A DNA stretch of 64,000 nt, taken from contig CAZDOJ010000001.1 in the NCBI GenBank assembly GCA_964507055.1, positions 401,313 through 465,312 of the forward strand. Direction: 5' to 3'. This DNA comes from an uncultured Gammaproteobacteria bacterium. Lineage in GTDB: Bacteria > Patescibacteriota > Microgenomatia > Levybacterales > UBA12049. A program made the translations under genes and the position numbers. Positions 46,170 through 56,088 of the stretch are shown here, one piece after another (position 1 is the first letter of the stretch; each line of letters starts with the position of its first letter). The notes under the pieces were generated by a model. It was not told the origin of the DNA. It saw nothing but the letters and a program-made list of their open reading frames with translations, and searched no databases.

Positions 46170-47257
46170 GCAGAGATAAATACGAAAGCCTTCCTATTCT
46201 TCATTTTGCGGAACAGATCAAAAAGAAACATGCTAAAAAATCCCTCAAATGCATTATCTTTGGTAATTTTGGTGCAATGAATCTCGGAGATGAGGCTATA
46301 CTTGCCGGCGAAATTACAGAATTGCAAAAAATACCAAACCTCAATATTACAGTTATTGGAAAGTTCCCGAAGGAAGTACATAAAATGCATAAAGTACCGG
46401 CCATTTCAATGTACGATTTATACAAAGTACGAAAAGAAATCAAGAAATCTGATTTCGTCGTTATAGGTGGTGGTGGACTTATCAATAAGATTGAGCGAAG
46501 TTTTAATGGCTTTTTGTTCCAGCTGTATATGATTTTTACCTTTTTCTTCCTTCCACGCTCATATAAGAAAAGACTTTATATAACTGGAATTGGTATTTAT
46601 AATAATGCCAATCCATTGATCGTCAAACTTGTCCTTCCTTTCTTTCGAGGAGCAACACTGCTTACAGTACGAGATGCACATTCACATGAGTTCCTAAAGC
46701 ATAAAAATGTACATGCTGGTCTTTATAAGGATAATAGTTTCCTCATGGAGCAAATTGCGAAAGATGATGTTTTGAAGCACGATTTCTTCAAAAAGCACTA
46801 TCAGAAGGCACGAATGAATATCGGTATTTCACTGGTCAAACCAGACAGTAAGAAAGATGAGAAGCGACTAATGGAAGAAGTCAAAAAATTCATTAAAGAG
46901 TATCACGAAAAAGCTGATTTCTGGCTCTATGCAACGGACGCAAATCCTGTCTATCATAATGATCTTATGATCGGCAACAAGTTGATTGAGGAACTGAAGA
47001 AGGAGTATGGTGAAGCTATAACCTTCCATATCGTTCCTACAAATCTTTCTCCAAAAGTATATTTTTCATCGTTTAAGTTGATGGATTTCATGATTGCTAT
47101 GCGTTTTCATGCTGCAGTATTTGCGTATAGAAACAAAATTGCCTTTGCAGGCATACCATATGACAAAAAATGTACCAGCTTTATTACGTCTGTAGGTAAG
47201 AAACCAATTAACCTCAAAACTATCACGCATGCAGATATCAGTAAAAACGTCTCATAG
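46166..47257 (+). CDS. polysaccharide pyruvyl transferase (CsaB/WcaK family)
   Basis: The GNFGAMNLGDEAILAGE (GxxNxGDxxI) signature, a GGGGL motif, and the family-typical length. Confidence 0.75.
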   Translation: MSRDKYESLPILHFAEQIKKKHAKKSLKCIIFGNFGAMNLGDEAILAGEITELQKIPNLNITVIGKFPKEVHKMHKVPAISMYDLYKVRKEIKKSDFVVIGGGGLINKIERSFNGFLFQLYMIFTFFFLPRSYKKRLYITGIGIYNNANPLIVKLVLPFFRGATLLTVRDAHSHEFLKHKNVHAGLYKDNSFLMEQIAKDDVLKHDFFKKHYQKARMNIGISLVKPDSKKDEKRLMEEVKKFIKEYHEKADFWLYATDANPVYHNDLMIGNKLIEELKKEYGEAITFHIVPTNLSPKVYFSSFKLMDFMIAMRFHAAVFAYRNKIAFAGIPYDKKCTSFITSVGKKPINLKTITHADISKNVS

Positions 47258-47325
47258 TTTGACTTCTGAGGCTAGAATGCGTATAATGTCATCAGTTCAT
47301 ATACATATGATTCAGGCAAAAAATT

Positions 47326-48141
47326 ATGAAAAAGCTTATCTTTACAGTACTAACAAAAGCTCGACAAATAGCATATAGATCACTTGCTCAGTTTGACCGC
47401 ACAATTACCAAGAGTACCAATCAGATATTTGTCCTTTCTTATCACAGTATCGCAAATGATGATTGGCGTTTTAGTGTCTCTGAAAAAGCACTCAAGCAAC
47501 AGATCGAATATCTTCAAAAACACTTTACTATCATCACACTGCAAGATCTTCAAAACCACATCACAGGAAAAAAGAGTATAACCTCCCCTTCAGTCGTCTT
47601 GACGTTTGATGACGGATATAGCGATATCTTAAAGTGGAAAGATTACTTCAAGAAGAAAAAAATTACTCCAGCGTTGTTTATCCTTTCAAATACCAAAACT
47701 CCTAACTGGAAAGAGCTCGGAACAAAAAGAAGATTCCTTACACCAGGCGAAATAAAGTCGCTGCTTACATTAGACTGGGAAATTGGCAGTCATAGTGCTA
47801 CACATGCTAACCTTGCTACATTGACCAATGACCAATTGCAAGAAGAAATTGTCGAAGCAAAGAAACAATTGGAGAAAGCTATTGGAAATAAGGTGAAGTA
47901 CTTTGCATATCCAAGAGGTAAATATGACCAAAATGTAGTACGCTATATAAAGAAAGCAAAATACTCTATGGCACTTACCATGGATGATGGCTTTATACAA
48001 CAAGATATGGATATGTTGAGAATTCCTCGAATCGGAATCGACAATACACATTCTTTTGAAGAGTTTAAAACAACATTTTCTCCTTCGGTTGTCCGACTGA
48101 GAAAAGTTATTAAAGAAAGTCCAGTAGGTAAATATTTATGA
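47326..48141 (+). CDS. polysaccharide deacetylase (CE4/NodB)
   Basis: VVLTFDDGY, GSHSATHANL and YFAYPRGKYD motifs. Confidence 0.85.
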   Translation: MKKLIFTVLTKARQIAYRSLAQFDRTITKSTNQIFVLSYHSIANDDWRFSVSEKALKQQIEYLQKHFTIITLQDLQNHITGKKSITSPSVVLTFDDGYSDILKWKDYFKKKKITPALFILSNTKTPNWKELGTKRRFLTPGEIKSLLTLDWEIGSHSATHANLATLTNDQLQEEIVEAKKQLEKAIGNKVKYFAYPRGKYDQNVVRYIKKAKYSMALTMDDGFIQQDMDMLRIPRIGIDNTHSFEEFKTTFSPSVVRLRKVIKESPVGKYL

Positions 48142-49736
48142 GAGATCTTTTTAATCAGAACATGCTAAAGGTTATTGGTCACGCGTTCCTCGCGATTTTT
48201 TGCGTTCTTGTACTCGCACTTTCTGTCAGAGGAATTGCAGGAAATCCTACAGCTCCAGAATTAAATAGATTGATTTGGAAAGATAATGGTCCTTTAGAAT
48301 TATCACCTGAGCGGGGAAGATTCGCTTTGATGTATGCAATTGCTGAGGAAAAATCATTTTCTTTCTCCCCAGATCTCGCACGATTTGCTGCACCTGACGT
48401 AGCATACACTGCTGGGAAGTATGTTTCTCTTTTTGCACCAGCTGTTTCTTATATTGCTGTCCCTGGTTATTTACTTGGAAAGATGTTTGGTCTAGCACAA
48501 GTCGGTGCTTTCGCAATTATCGCTTTATTTGCCTTAATAAACATGTACCTCATCCGAGCTATAGCAATTAAAGTAGGAGCACATCCTGTGGCAGCAACAC
48601 TTGGTGGATTAACCTTTCTCTTTGCAACTCCAGGGTTTGCATATGCAGTTACGTTATATCAACACCATATTTCAACATTTCTTATCTTGATGAGTATTTA
48701 TTTACTGATCAGATACAATACGATTTGGTCACTCATGGGTATTTGGCTTTTGTGTGCATTCTCAATTCCTGTAGATTATCCAAACCTTTTTATGATGCTT
48801 CCAATTGGTGTTGCTGCACTTGGAAAAGTGTTCATGACCAAACGTGAAGAAGGAAAAATTAACATTAGTATTCCAGTTCTTCGAGTTTTGTCAGTTGCAG
48901 TTATGGCGTTTCCATTAGCCTTCTTTTTATGGTTCAATGCCATGTCTTACGGAAATCCTTTCCAATTATCAGGTACTATCGAGCGTTCTATTGAAGTAAA
49001 AGCAGATGGTTCACCAGTTCTTGAAAGCCAGAAGATTATCGAAGAACTAAAGGCAGCGGGACAACCTATTCCACAAGGTGAATTTAGTAAAAGTAATTTC
49101 TTGGCCTTCTTCCAAACCAGGCAACTCATGAATGGTATGTACGAACATTTCATCAGCCAAGATCGCGGCATGTTGTACTTTACCCCAGTTATGATTCTCG
49201 GTTTCATTGGAATCATTTATGCTATCCGAAAAAGGATGCCGCATGTTGGTTTGTTTGTAGCAATTATTGGATTTAATATTTTGCTTTATTCTATGTGGAC
49301 TGACCCATATGGAGGATGGGCTTTTGGATCACGATATCTGATCCCTGCGTATGCAATTCTCTCGATTTTTATCGGATATCTTTTAACCAAATGGCATCGA
49401 TATAATCTATTTCTTTTATTTTTCTTTGCACTCTTTAGTTACTCAGTAGCGGTCAATACGCTTGGTGCAATTACCTCGAATAGAAATCCACCAAAGGTTG
49501 AAGCGGTTGCACTTTCTGAAATTACTAAGCAAGAAGAGCCATATACATACATGAGAAATGTTAATTTACTCAATCGTAATTTATCAAAGTCATATTTCTA
49601 TGAAACCCATGTTTCAAACGCTATGACAGCATGGCAATATTACACCTTCCTGACGGCATTTATTATTATTGTCTCTGCATTTTTACTAACTATCTTTAAA
49701 GTATTAGCGAAGGGAGGATCTCACCATGCGGTTTGA
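48138..49736 (+). CDS. GT-C-type polytopic membrane glycosyltransferase (putative)
   Basis: More than 10 TM helices and the first-loop motif ELSPERGRFALMYAIAEE. It is translationally coupled within the glycan operon. Confidence 0.5.
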   Translation: MRDLFNQNMLKVIGHAFLAIFCVLVLALSVRGIAGNPTAPELNRLIWKDNGPLELSPERGRFALMYAIAEEKSFSFSPDLARFAAPDVAYTAGKYVSLFAPAVSYIAVPGYLLGKMFGLAQVGAFAIIALFALINMYLIRAIAIKVGAHPVAATLGGLTFLFATPGFAYAVTLYQHHISTFLILMSIYLLIRYNTIWSLMGIWLLCAFSIPVDYPNLFMMLPIGVAALGKVFMTKREEGKINISIPVLRVLSVAVMAFPLAFFLWFNAMSYGNPFQLSGTIERSIEVKADGSPVLESQKIIEELKAAGQPIPQGEFSKSNFLAFFQTRQLMNGMYEHFISQDRGMLYFTPVMILGFIGIIYAIRKRMPHVGLFVAIIGFNILLYSMWTDPYGGWAFGSRYLIPAYAILSIFIGYLLTKWHRYNLFLLFFFALFSYSVAVNTLGAITSNRNPPKVEAVALSEITKQEEPYTYMRNVNLLNRNLSKSYFYETHVSNAMTAWQYYTFLTAFIIIVSAFLLTIFKVLAKGGSHHAV

Positions 49737-51357
49737 TTTGAAGTCATTATCTTTCAAGGTATCTCTTGATGATTCGATCATTAGCAAGACCAAACATTTC
49801 TTAGAGAAACGTGCATCAATCATCATCTTCTTTATTTTGTCGATGGTTTCGATTGCATACTTTATTTATTACTATGCAAATGGTCTAGGCGTCGCGTATA
49901 ACGATGCACGATCGCATTTGGATATCTCTCGCCGTGTTGTAGAGAACCTTACACCAGGTTTTGCACAGCTTGGAAGTGTATGGCTTCCTCTTCCCCATTT
50001 GCTTGCAACACTGACAATTTGGAATGACTTTATGTGGCATTCTGGCCTATCCGGTGCGATCCAATCAATGGTCGCTTTCGTGGCTACAGGGCTTATCATT
50101 TATAACATATTGAAAGTCTTTGGTGTGGGATTATTTGGTCGTTTTGTGGGAGTAATCGTCTTTGCTACAAATCTTAACATTCTCTATATGCAGTCCACTG
50201 CTATGACTGAATTGTTGCTTATTGGTACGATGACTGCTGGTGCATATCAATTATTGATGTGGCACAAAGAAGGTACAATGGTTCGCTTACTTCAAGCAGC
50301 ATTTTGGGTAATGCTTTCAACCCTTATTCGATACGATGGATGGTTCTTGCTCGCGTTCTCTTTTGCATTGATCTTTATTCATGCAATTCGGAAATGGGGT
50401 TACAAAACAACTGAAGGAACATTGGTACTATTTACAACGCTCGCAGCTTTTGGTATTGCACTTTGGCTATTCTGGAATTTGATGATTTTTAAAGATCCAT
50501 TGTACTTTGCTTTTGGTCCATTCTCAGCAAACGCACAACAATCACAACTTGAAGCAGCAGGTGTTCTTGAAACAAAGCATAATCTTGGATTCTCTTTCCA
50601 AACCTATATCTATGCTATGGTCTATAACTCAGGCTTGTTTACCTTTATCTTAGGCCTAATCGGTATGGCACTTTTCTGGTTTGATAAAAAAATCAAAGGA
50701 GATCTTCGTATCGCTGCTGTGGCTCTTATGGCTCCATTTGCGTTTAATATCGTTGCATTATTCCTGGGTCACTCAGTGCTTTATGTTCAGGGACTTCATG
50801 GTGAATCGTGGTTTAACGTCCGTTATGGATTGATGATGGTTCCTACACTTGCTATCTTTGTCGGATATCTTGCTCATAGATTAAAACCTGTTCGCGTTGT
50901 CTTACTTTCACTAATTCTTTTTGTTTCAGTATTCTCATTCTCTAACGCTGACGCTGTGACAATTGACGATGCAGTTGTTGGAGCAAGTGGTAAGAATGTA
51001 AAGGAAGTAAGTGGATGGTTGCAAGAAAATGTCACAGGAAAAGAAGGATTTGTGCTTATTTCAGCAGCTTCTCATGATGCGATCATCTTCTCTTCTCACC
51101 TTCCAATGAAACGATTTATCCATGAAGGTACCGGTGAATATTGGAAAGAAGCGACAGCACACCCAAGTCGATGGGCACGATGGATTGTGTTACGAACAAA
51201 TGATCAGAACGATTCGACCTTTAGAGAGATTGGAAAGAATCCAGAATTTAAAGAACGATATACGCTTGAACGTACCCTTCCATTTGCGGATATTTATCAA
51301 CTCAAACCAGAATATGTCGAAGACGTTCGAACGCAACCAAATCTAGAATTAAACTAG
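49726..51357 (+). CDS. GT-C-type (PMT/GT39-like) membrane glycosyltransferase (putative)
   Basis: N-terminal TM bundle with a YNDARSHLDISRRVVENL loop, multiple TM helices and a C-terminal soluble domain. Confidence 0.5.
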   Translation: MRFDLKSLSFKVSLDDSIISKTKHFLEKRASIIIFFILSMVSIAYFIYYYANGLGVAYNDARSHLDISRRVVENLTPGFAQLGSVWLPLPHLLATLTIWNDFMWHSGLSGAIQSMVAFVATGLIIYNILKVFGVGLFGRFVGVIVFATNLNILYMQSTAMTELLLIGTMTAGAYQLLMWHKEGTMVRLLQAAFWVMLSTLIRYDGWFLLAFSFALIFIHAIRKWGYKTTEGTLVLFTTLAAFGIALWLFWNLMIFKDPLYFAFGPFSANAQQSQLEAAGVLETKHNLGFSFQTYIYAMVYNSGLFTFILGLIGMALFWFDKKIKGDLRIAAVALMAPFAFNIVALFLGHSVLYVQGLHGESWFNVRYGLMMVPTLAIFVGYLAHRLKPVRVVLLSLILFVSVFSFSNADAVTIDDAVVGASGKNVKEVSGWLQENVTGKEGFVLISAASHDAIIFSSHLPMKRFIHEGTGEYWKEATAHPSRWARWIVLRTNDQNDSTFREIGKNPEFKERYTLERTLPFADIYQLKPEYVEDVRTQPNLELN

Positions 51358-51388
51358 CCGAAAACATAATACCTGCTATACTAAATCT

Positions 51389-52384
51389 ATGAAATTTCAT
51401 AAACTTGGACTCAAAGAAATTGTCATTATTATCTGTACTTTTCTTCTCGGTATGACAGCCTACGCCTTATTTAATCAGACTAAGATCGAAGAACCAGTAA
51501 AGAAAAAGCATTGGGAATTCCAGTCAATTGATACAATGAAAAATTCTCGTGACCTTGCACGTGAAGAACTACATGATACAAAATTTGCGGAAGAGGTTGA
51601 TAAGCAAGTAGCTGATATTGCGGCAACTGGTGCTACTCACATTGCAATCGGAACTCCTTATGATGATGAATTCCTTCCTGTTATCAAGCTTTGGGTGAGA
51701 ACAGCACGAAAGTATGATCTTAAAGTCTGGTATCGAGGAAATTGGTCTGGTTGGGAACAATGGTTTGGTTATGCAAAAATCGATGAAAAAACACATATAG
51801 AAAACACACGCCAGTTTATTCTCAATAATAGTAATCTTTTTGAGGATGGAGATGTCTTCACTTCATGCCCAGAATGTGAAAATGGAGCAAAGCTCGAAAC
51901 AGGTAATAGCTTCGCTGTGGTGCAATACCGTAAATTCTTGATCGATGAATATACTTCTACCAAAGGTGCTTTTGCTCAAATAGGTAAAAATGTAAAGAGT
52001 AACTACTACTCAATGAATGCCGACGTAGCCAAGACAGTCATGGATAAAGAAACTACTCGATCACTGGATGGAATTGTTGTTATAGATCATTATGTCAGAA
52101 CTCCACAACAATTAGCCAATGATGTATCACTTATCGCTCAACAAAGTGGCGGACAAATCGTTTTGGGCGAAATTGGTGTTCCAATCCCAGATATTCATGG
52201 CAAAATGAACGAAGAAGAACGTGCTCAATGGCTCGATGAAGCACTTTTACTCCTTTCGCAAAAAGATGAACTCATTGGTCTTAATTATTGGGTAAATTTG
52301 GGTGGATCAACTGCTCTTTGGGATAAAGATCGAAAACCGACAAAAACTCAAGAAGTTCTTATGAAATACTACAAAGGCCTCTAA
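51389..52384 (+). CDS. membrane-anchored glycoside hydrolase, clan GH-A-like (putative)
   Basis: N-terminal TM helix; LGEIGVP (nucleophile-like xGExG) and a SCPECENG/NW region. Family not assignable. Confidence 0.4.
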   Translation: MKFHKLGLKEIVIIICTFLLGMTAYALFNQTKIEEPVKKKHWEFQSIDTMKNSRDLAREELHDTKFAEEVDKQVADIAATGATHIAIGTPYDDEFLPVIKLWVRTARKYDLKVWYRGNWSGWEQWFGYAKIDEKTHIENTRQFILNNSNLFEDGDVFTSCPECENGAKLETGNSFAVVQYRKFLIDEYTSTKGAFAQIGKNVKSNYYSMNADVAKTVMDKETTRSLDGIVVIDHYVRTPQQLANDVSLIAQQSGGQIVLGEIGVPIPDIHGKMNEEERAQWLDEALLLLSQKDELIGLNYWVNLGGSTALWDKDRKPTKTQEVLMKYYKGL

Positions 52385-52516
52385 AATTATCTTCAATTTA
52401 ATTAGCAATCTAGTACTGAGCATTTAAAAATCATTAGAACTTTGGTACTTTGTCGATACAAAGTACAGCTAAAATCACATTAAACATCCCATATTTAATA
52501 CTCTTAATATAAACTA

Positions 52517-52589
52517 TTAGCCTCAAAATACTTTATTTTTATTGAGAATATAACTACCCCTTGACATCCCATAATATTTATAGTACAAT
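52517..52589 (+). promoter_or_regulatory. TTAGCCTCAAA motif followed by a sigma70-like promoter TTGACA-17-TACAAT
   Basis: Motif at 52517-52527; TTGACA at 52561-52566 and TACAAT at 52584-52589. Confidence 0.45.
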
Positions 52590-52636
52590 CCTATAACATT
52601 TAATATAGGCTTATTTAAATGCCTAGAAATAAATAT

Positions 52637-53251
52637 ATGAATAAGAAAATTTTACTTACAACTTTGGCGTCTACAGCACTGTTTTTAACAGCTGCTACTC
52701 CTGTACATGCAAATGCTGTACCTGATTTTAGTACATGCCTTAATCCACAATGGACAAAGACTCAACAAAACCTTGGATCAAATCATGGAGTAATCGGTAT
52801 TGGATCATTCTCAGGAACGGATACTATATACGAATCAAATGGTAATGTTTTGCAATGTCTCTGCACATCAGATGGTAAAGGATACCAAACAAACTGGTTG
52901 AAAGCAGACAATATGTCTACATCTCAAAAAGAAGAACTACAATCACAAGGTTGGATTTACGTAGCTTACGGTGAAGACTGGGGTTTGCATAAATCAGCGT
53001 ATATGGCGAAAAACTCTGAATACACATGTGCTGACTGCACACCTACACCGACAACACCAGTTACTCCAACAGTAACAAGTGTTCCAGGACCAACTGCGAC
53101 ACCAGCACCTACAACAAAGACTGAAGAAAAGACAGAAAACAATGTACTTGGTGGTCTCGCACCGACAGGAAATGCTTTGGCTATGTACCTAGCGATCCTC
53201 GCTGGAGTAGGCTCTCTCATCACAGGATTTGTATTACGCAAATCTAAATAA
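52637..53251 (+). CDS. sortase substrate: secreted Cys-rich protein with PT linker and C-terminal LAPTG sorting signal
   Basis: Signal peptide MNKKILLTTLASTALFLTAATPVHA. The C-terminus is LAPTG + hydrophobic helix + RKSK. An alternative start is at 52619. Confidence 0.75.
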   Translation: MNKKILLTTLASTALFLTAATPVHANAVPDFSTCLNPQWTKTQQNLGSNHGVIGIGSFSGTDTIYESNGNVLQCLCTSDGKGYQTNWLKADNMSTSQKEELQSQGWIYVAYGEDWGLHKSAYMAKNSEYTCADCTPTPTTPVTPTVTSVPGPTATPAPTTKTEEKTENNVLGGLAPTGNALAMYLAILAGVGSLITGFVLRKSK

Positions 53252-53263
53252 GGAGGTACTTCA

Positions 53264-53797
53264 ATGAAACTGCTCTCTACTCTATTTGTTATCATCGGAC
53301 TTCTTCTTATAATTTTTGGTGGATATCAACTCTATTTACGCGAAAATCCGCATAAGCTTTCATTTGATAATTACACATACGCTTCAAACCAAAAGGCTGA
53401 AGAGAAGCAATTGCCTGCACAAATTACGATTAGTGATGTTGATATTGATGTCCCAGTCTACCCTGCTACCGTCTCAAATGGCCAATGGCCAGTTATTGAG
53501 AATGGTGCGTCATATTTAGCAACTTCACCGGTTCCAGGAGAAAAAGGAAATAGTGTGATTTATGCACATAATTGGAAGAATTTATTCGGCAATCTCGTCA
53601 ATGCCAAAACCGGACAAGAAGTTCTTATCACATATAAAGATGGCAGTACAAAGACATTTGTAATTACGTACACAAGTACTGTGTCTCCAACTGAATCGAC
53701 TATTCTCGCTCCTTCAAAAGATAATAGAATTACATTGTATACCTGTACTGGATTTTTGGACTCCAAGCGATTTGTCGTAGTTGCTCTCCTCAAATAA
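53264..53797 (+). CDS. sortase (LAxTG-type, class E-like) with intact His/Cys/Arg
   Basis: N-terminal TM helix; VIYAHNW (His), TLYTCTG (TLxTC) and KRFVVVALL (Arg region). Located immediately downstream of the LAPTG substrate gene. Confidence 0.85.
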   Translation: MKLLSTLFVIIGLLLIIFGGYQLYLRENPHKLSFDNYTYASNQKAEEKQLPAQITISDVDIDVPVYPATVSNGQWPVIENGASYLATSPVPGEKGNSVIYAHNWKNLFGNLVNAKTGQEVLITYKDGSTKTFVITYTSTVSPTESTILAPSKDNRITLYTCTGFLDSKRFVVVALLK

Positions 53798-53800
53798 AAA

Positions 53801-53827
53801 GCCCTCTCTGGTGAGAAGGCTTTCCCG
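53801..53827 (+). terminator. intrinsic terminator-like hairpin (AGCCCTCTC-tggtg-GAGAAGGCT + TTTCC)
   Basis: 9-bp stem with one mismatch, directly after the sortase stop codon. Confidence 0.5.
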
Positions 53828-54016
53828 TAACGTGATTCGCAGTATATGGATTATACTTTTGCAGAAATAATATAATACGTACGTAAAGTCGCTGCAAGAG
53901 AGGACTAATAATTGGGTAAGAAGATTATAAGGAAGAAAATAAAAGTCTCAGTACTCAATCATAATACTTAGTTAACATACCATTTGGCCTGATTTTATAG
54001 TAAAATAAAAGTCTCT

Positions 54017-55567
54017 ATGAGATCTTCCAGATTTATATTCATCGCACTAGTAGTTTTCATTTTTGGTTTACTCGGAGCAACATTTTTTAGCTACTCTCAA
54101 AAAGCTCTACAGATTAAAGCAGATGAACAAAAAAGAGAAGCACTCTATTCACAAATTTTAGAAGGAGCAAATACAGCACCAGCATCATTTTTAATAAATT
54201 TTTCTAAACCTACTTCGACAGGTTCTCCCCTTATATTTGGAGGTTCGCATTCGCCTGATTTAAATCACCAGGATGCATGGAATAAAATTGCTGAAATCGG
54301 TGTAACTTCTATAAGAAAAGATTTTTATCCTGAGAATGCACTACCAAAGAATATAACTCTTGAAGAGTATAAAAATAATCTGGGACAAATTCAAAATCCT
54401 GAGAATTGGAATCAAGAAGAATTAGACAAAATAAATGGAATTTACAAAAATGCACATATACGTGGAATGAAAACGATTGGTATAGTATCTTTTTCTCCCG
54501 CCTGGTTGAATTACTCAAATACAATTTATGGAGTACCAAAAGACTGGGATGTCTATGAAGATATTGTTAGAAAAACTTATACGATATATCGGGACAATCT
54601 AGACTACGTAGAACTCTGGAACGAACCCAATTTTAATACTTTTCTTAATACAAAAGATAGCGGATTAACAAAAGATGAGGCTTATTCTAAAATATTTTTT
54701 CATGCCGCAAAAGCAATTAGACAAGTTGATGCTGAAGCGAATGATGGTAAGATTATCCCTATTGGAGGCCCAGCAGGATATGACCCTATTCAAACATCGA
54801 CATTAGAAACTATATTAGAGAACCCTGCAACTCGTGACAAATTAAACTTTGTAAGTTATCATAACTATGAAAGTAAGCACCTAATTGAACCTTCTTGGAC
54901 AAACTATATGCGTGTAATGGAAAAGTATGGTAAAGAGAATTTACCTATTTATATAACCGAATGGAATTACGAACCAGATAGTTCAGTCAAAAGTCCCTTT
55001 AACACTTCAAATTCCGCGATTCCATTTACTGGGAATAAATTTGTAAGTTTCTTAAGAATGGGATTAGCAGGTGCAAATTATCATGTTTTATGGCCATTAG
55101 ATCTTACAAGACCCGATAAAGGAGAAGGCTATATGGGTTTTTATAGATGGGAAAATGGAAAAGCAGAATTACTCCCACAAGCTAAAACATGGAGGCTTAT
55201 GAGCAATAAAATGGGCTTAGGTAAAGGAAAAAGTTCTATATATAACCCTACAAATAATAGTTTGGATTTAAATGGACTGGGATTTATAAATACAGCAAAA
55301 CAATACGGTGCTGTAGTAGTAAATAATGATGGTGTTTCTCATATGGCAAATATTACACTTCAGAATACTAATATCAATCACATTGCTACGGTTGCAGTAT
55401 ATTATGCGTCTGCTGATAATGATGCTACAAAGCCAATTTACGAAGGACATGTAAAGGCTGTAAAAGGCACTATAAATCTACAAGTATATTTACCAAAAGA
55501 GGCCGTTGTGGGTGTTATTGTTGAGCAAGATAAAGAATGGTTTGACTTCTTAAATTTACCGTATTGA
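54017..55567 (+). CDS. membrane-anchored clan GH-A glycoside hydrolase (GH39/GH5-like)
   Basis: N-terminal TM helix; VELWNEPN (acid/base NEP) and YITEWN (nucleophile TEW) in a (beta/alpha)8 context. Confidence 0.6.
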   Translation: MRSSRFIFIALVVFIFGLLGATFFSYSQKALQIKADEQKREALYSQILEGANTAPASFLINFSKPTSTGSPLIFGGSHSPDLNHQDAWNKIAEIGVTSIRKDFYPENALPKNITLEEYKNNLGQIQNPENWNQEELDKINGIYKNAHIRGMKTIGIVSFSPAWLNYSNTIYGVPKDWDVYEDIVRKTYTIYRDNLDYVELWNEPNFNTFLNTKDSGLTKDEAYSKIFFHAAKAIRQVDAEANDGKIIPIGGPAGYDPIQTSTLETILENPATRDKLNFVSYHNYESKHLIEPSWTNYMRVMEKYGKENLPIYITEWNYEPDSSVKSPFNTSNSAIPFTGNKFVSFLRMGLAGANYHVLWPLDLTRPDKGEGYMGFYRWENGKAELLPQAKTWRLMSNKMGLGKGKSSIYNPTNNSLDLNGLGFINTAKQYGAVVVNNDGVSHMANITLQNTNINHIATVAVYYASADNDATKPIYEGHVKAVKGTINLQVYLPKEAVVGVIVEQDKEWFDFLNLPY

Positions 55568-55623
55568 CAAAATAATCTATAAAGCGTATTCTAGTTTCAT
55601 AACTATTCTATAGGTTTATAAAG

Positions 55624-56082
55624 ATGAGTTTACTACCCAAAACCATAAGTCTTCTGAGTTTTTTAACACTTCTTTCTTTTATTTTTATTTCACCAGTCCA
55701 GGCACAAACAGCAAATATAACAACTATCCGAGGACAAATACTTGATGATGAGGGACAACCTTTCAAATTTGCAAAAGTTCAAGTTAATTGTGATGGAAAA
55801 ACTCAAAATTCCATTACAAGTGGTCAAGGAAAATATATTGCAATTTTTGCAGGAAATAATTGCGGGATAGGTGATCCAGTAACAGTAACTGCGACAAAGG
55901 ATGGGAAGTCTGGAAGTAGTACAGGAATTGTACAAAATAGAAGAGATGGTCGTATAGTAGATGTGAATTTCTCAGTAGTCAGTTTTAACATTAATGTTCC
56001 TGAATTTGGATTGCTTCCTGGTGCAATTGCAGCTTTGGGTTCAGCTGGTGCATTCCTCGCTATTCGAAGAAGAAAGATCTAA
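55624..56082 (+). CDS. secreted protein with a PEF/PEP-CTERM-like sorting signal
   Basis: Signal peptide; the C-terminus is VPEFGLLPGAIAALGSAGAFLAIRRRKI, i.e. a P-E-F/P motif, a Gly/Ala-rich TM helix and an RRRK tail. Confidence 0.6.
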   Translation: MSLLPKTISLLSFLTLLSFIFISPVQAQTANITTIRGQILDDEGQPFKFAKVQVNCDGKTQNSITSGQGKYIAIFAGNNCGIGDPVTVTATKDGKSGSSTGIVQNRRDGRIVDVNFSVVSFNINVPEFGLLPGAIAALGSAGAFLAIRRRKI

Positions 56083-56088
56083 GAAGCT

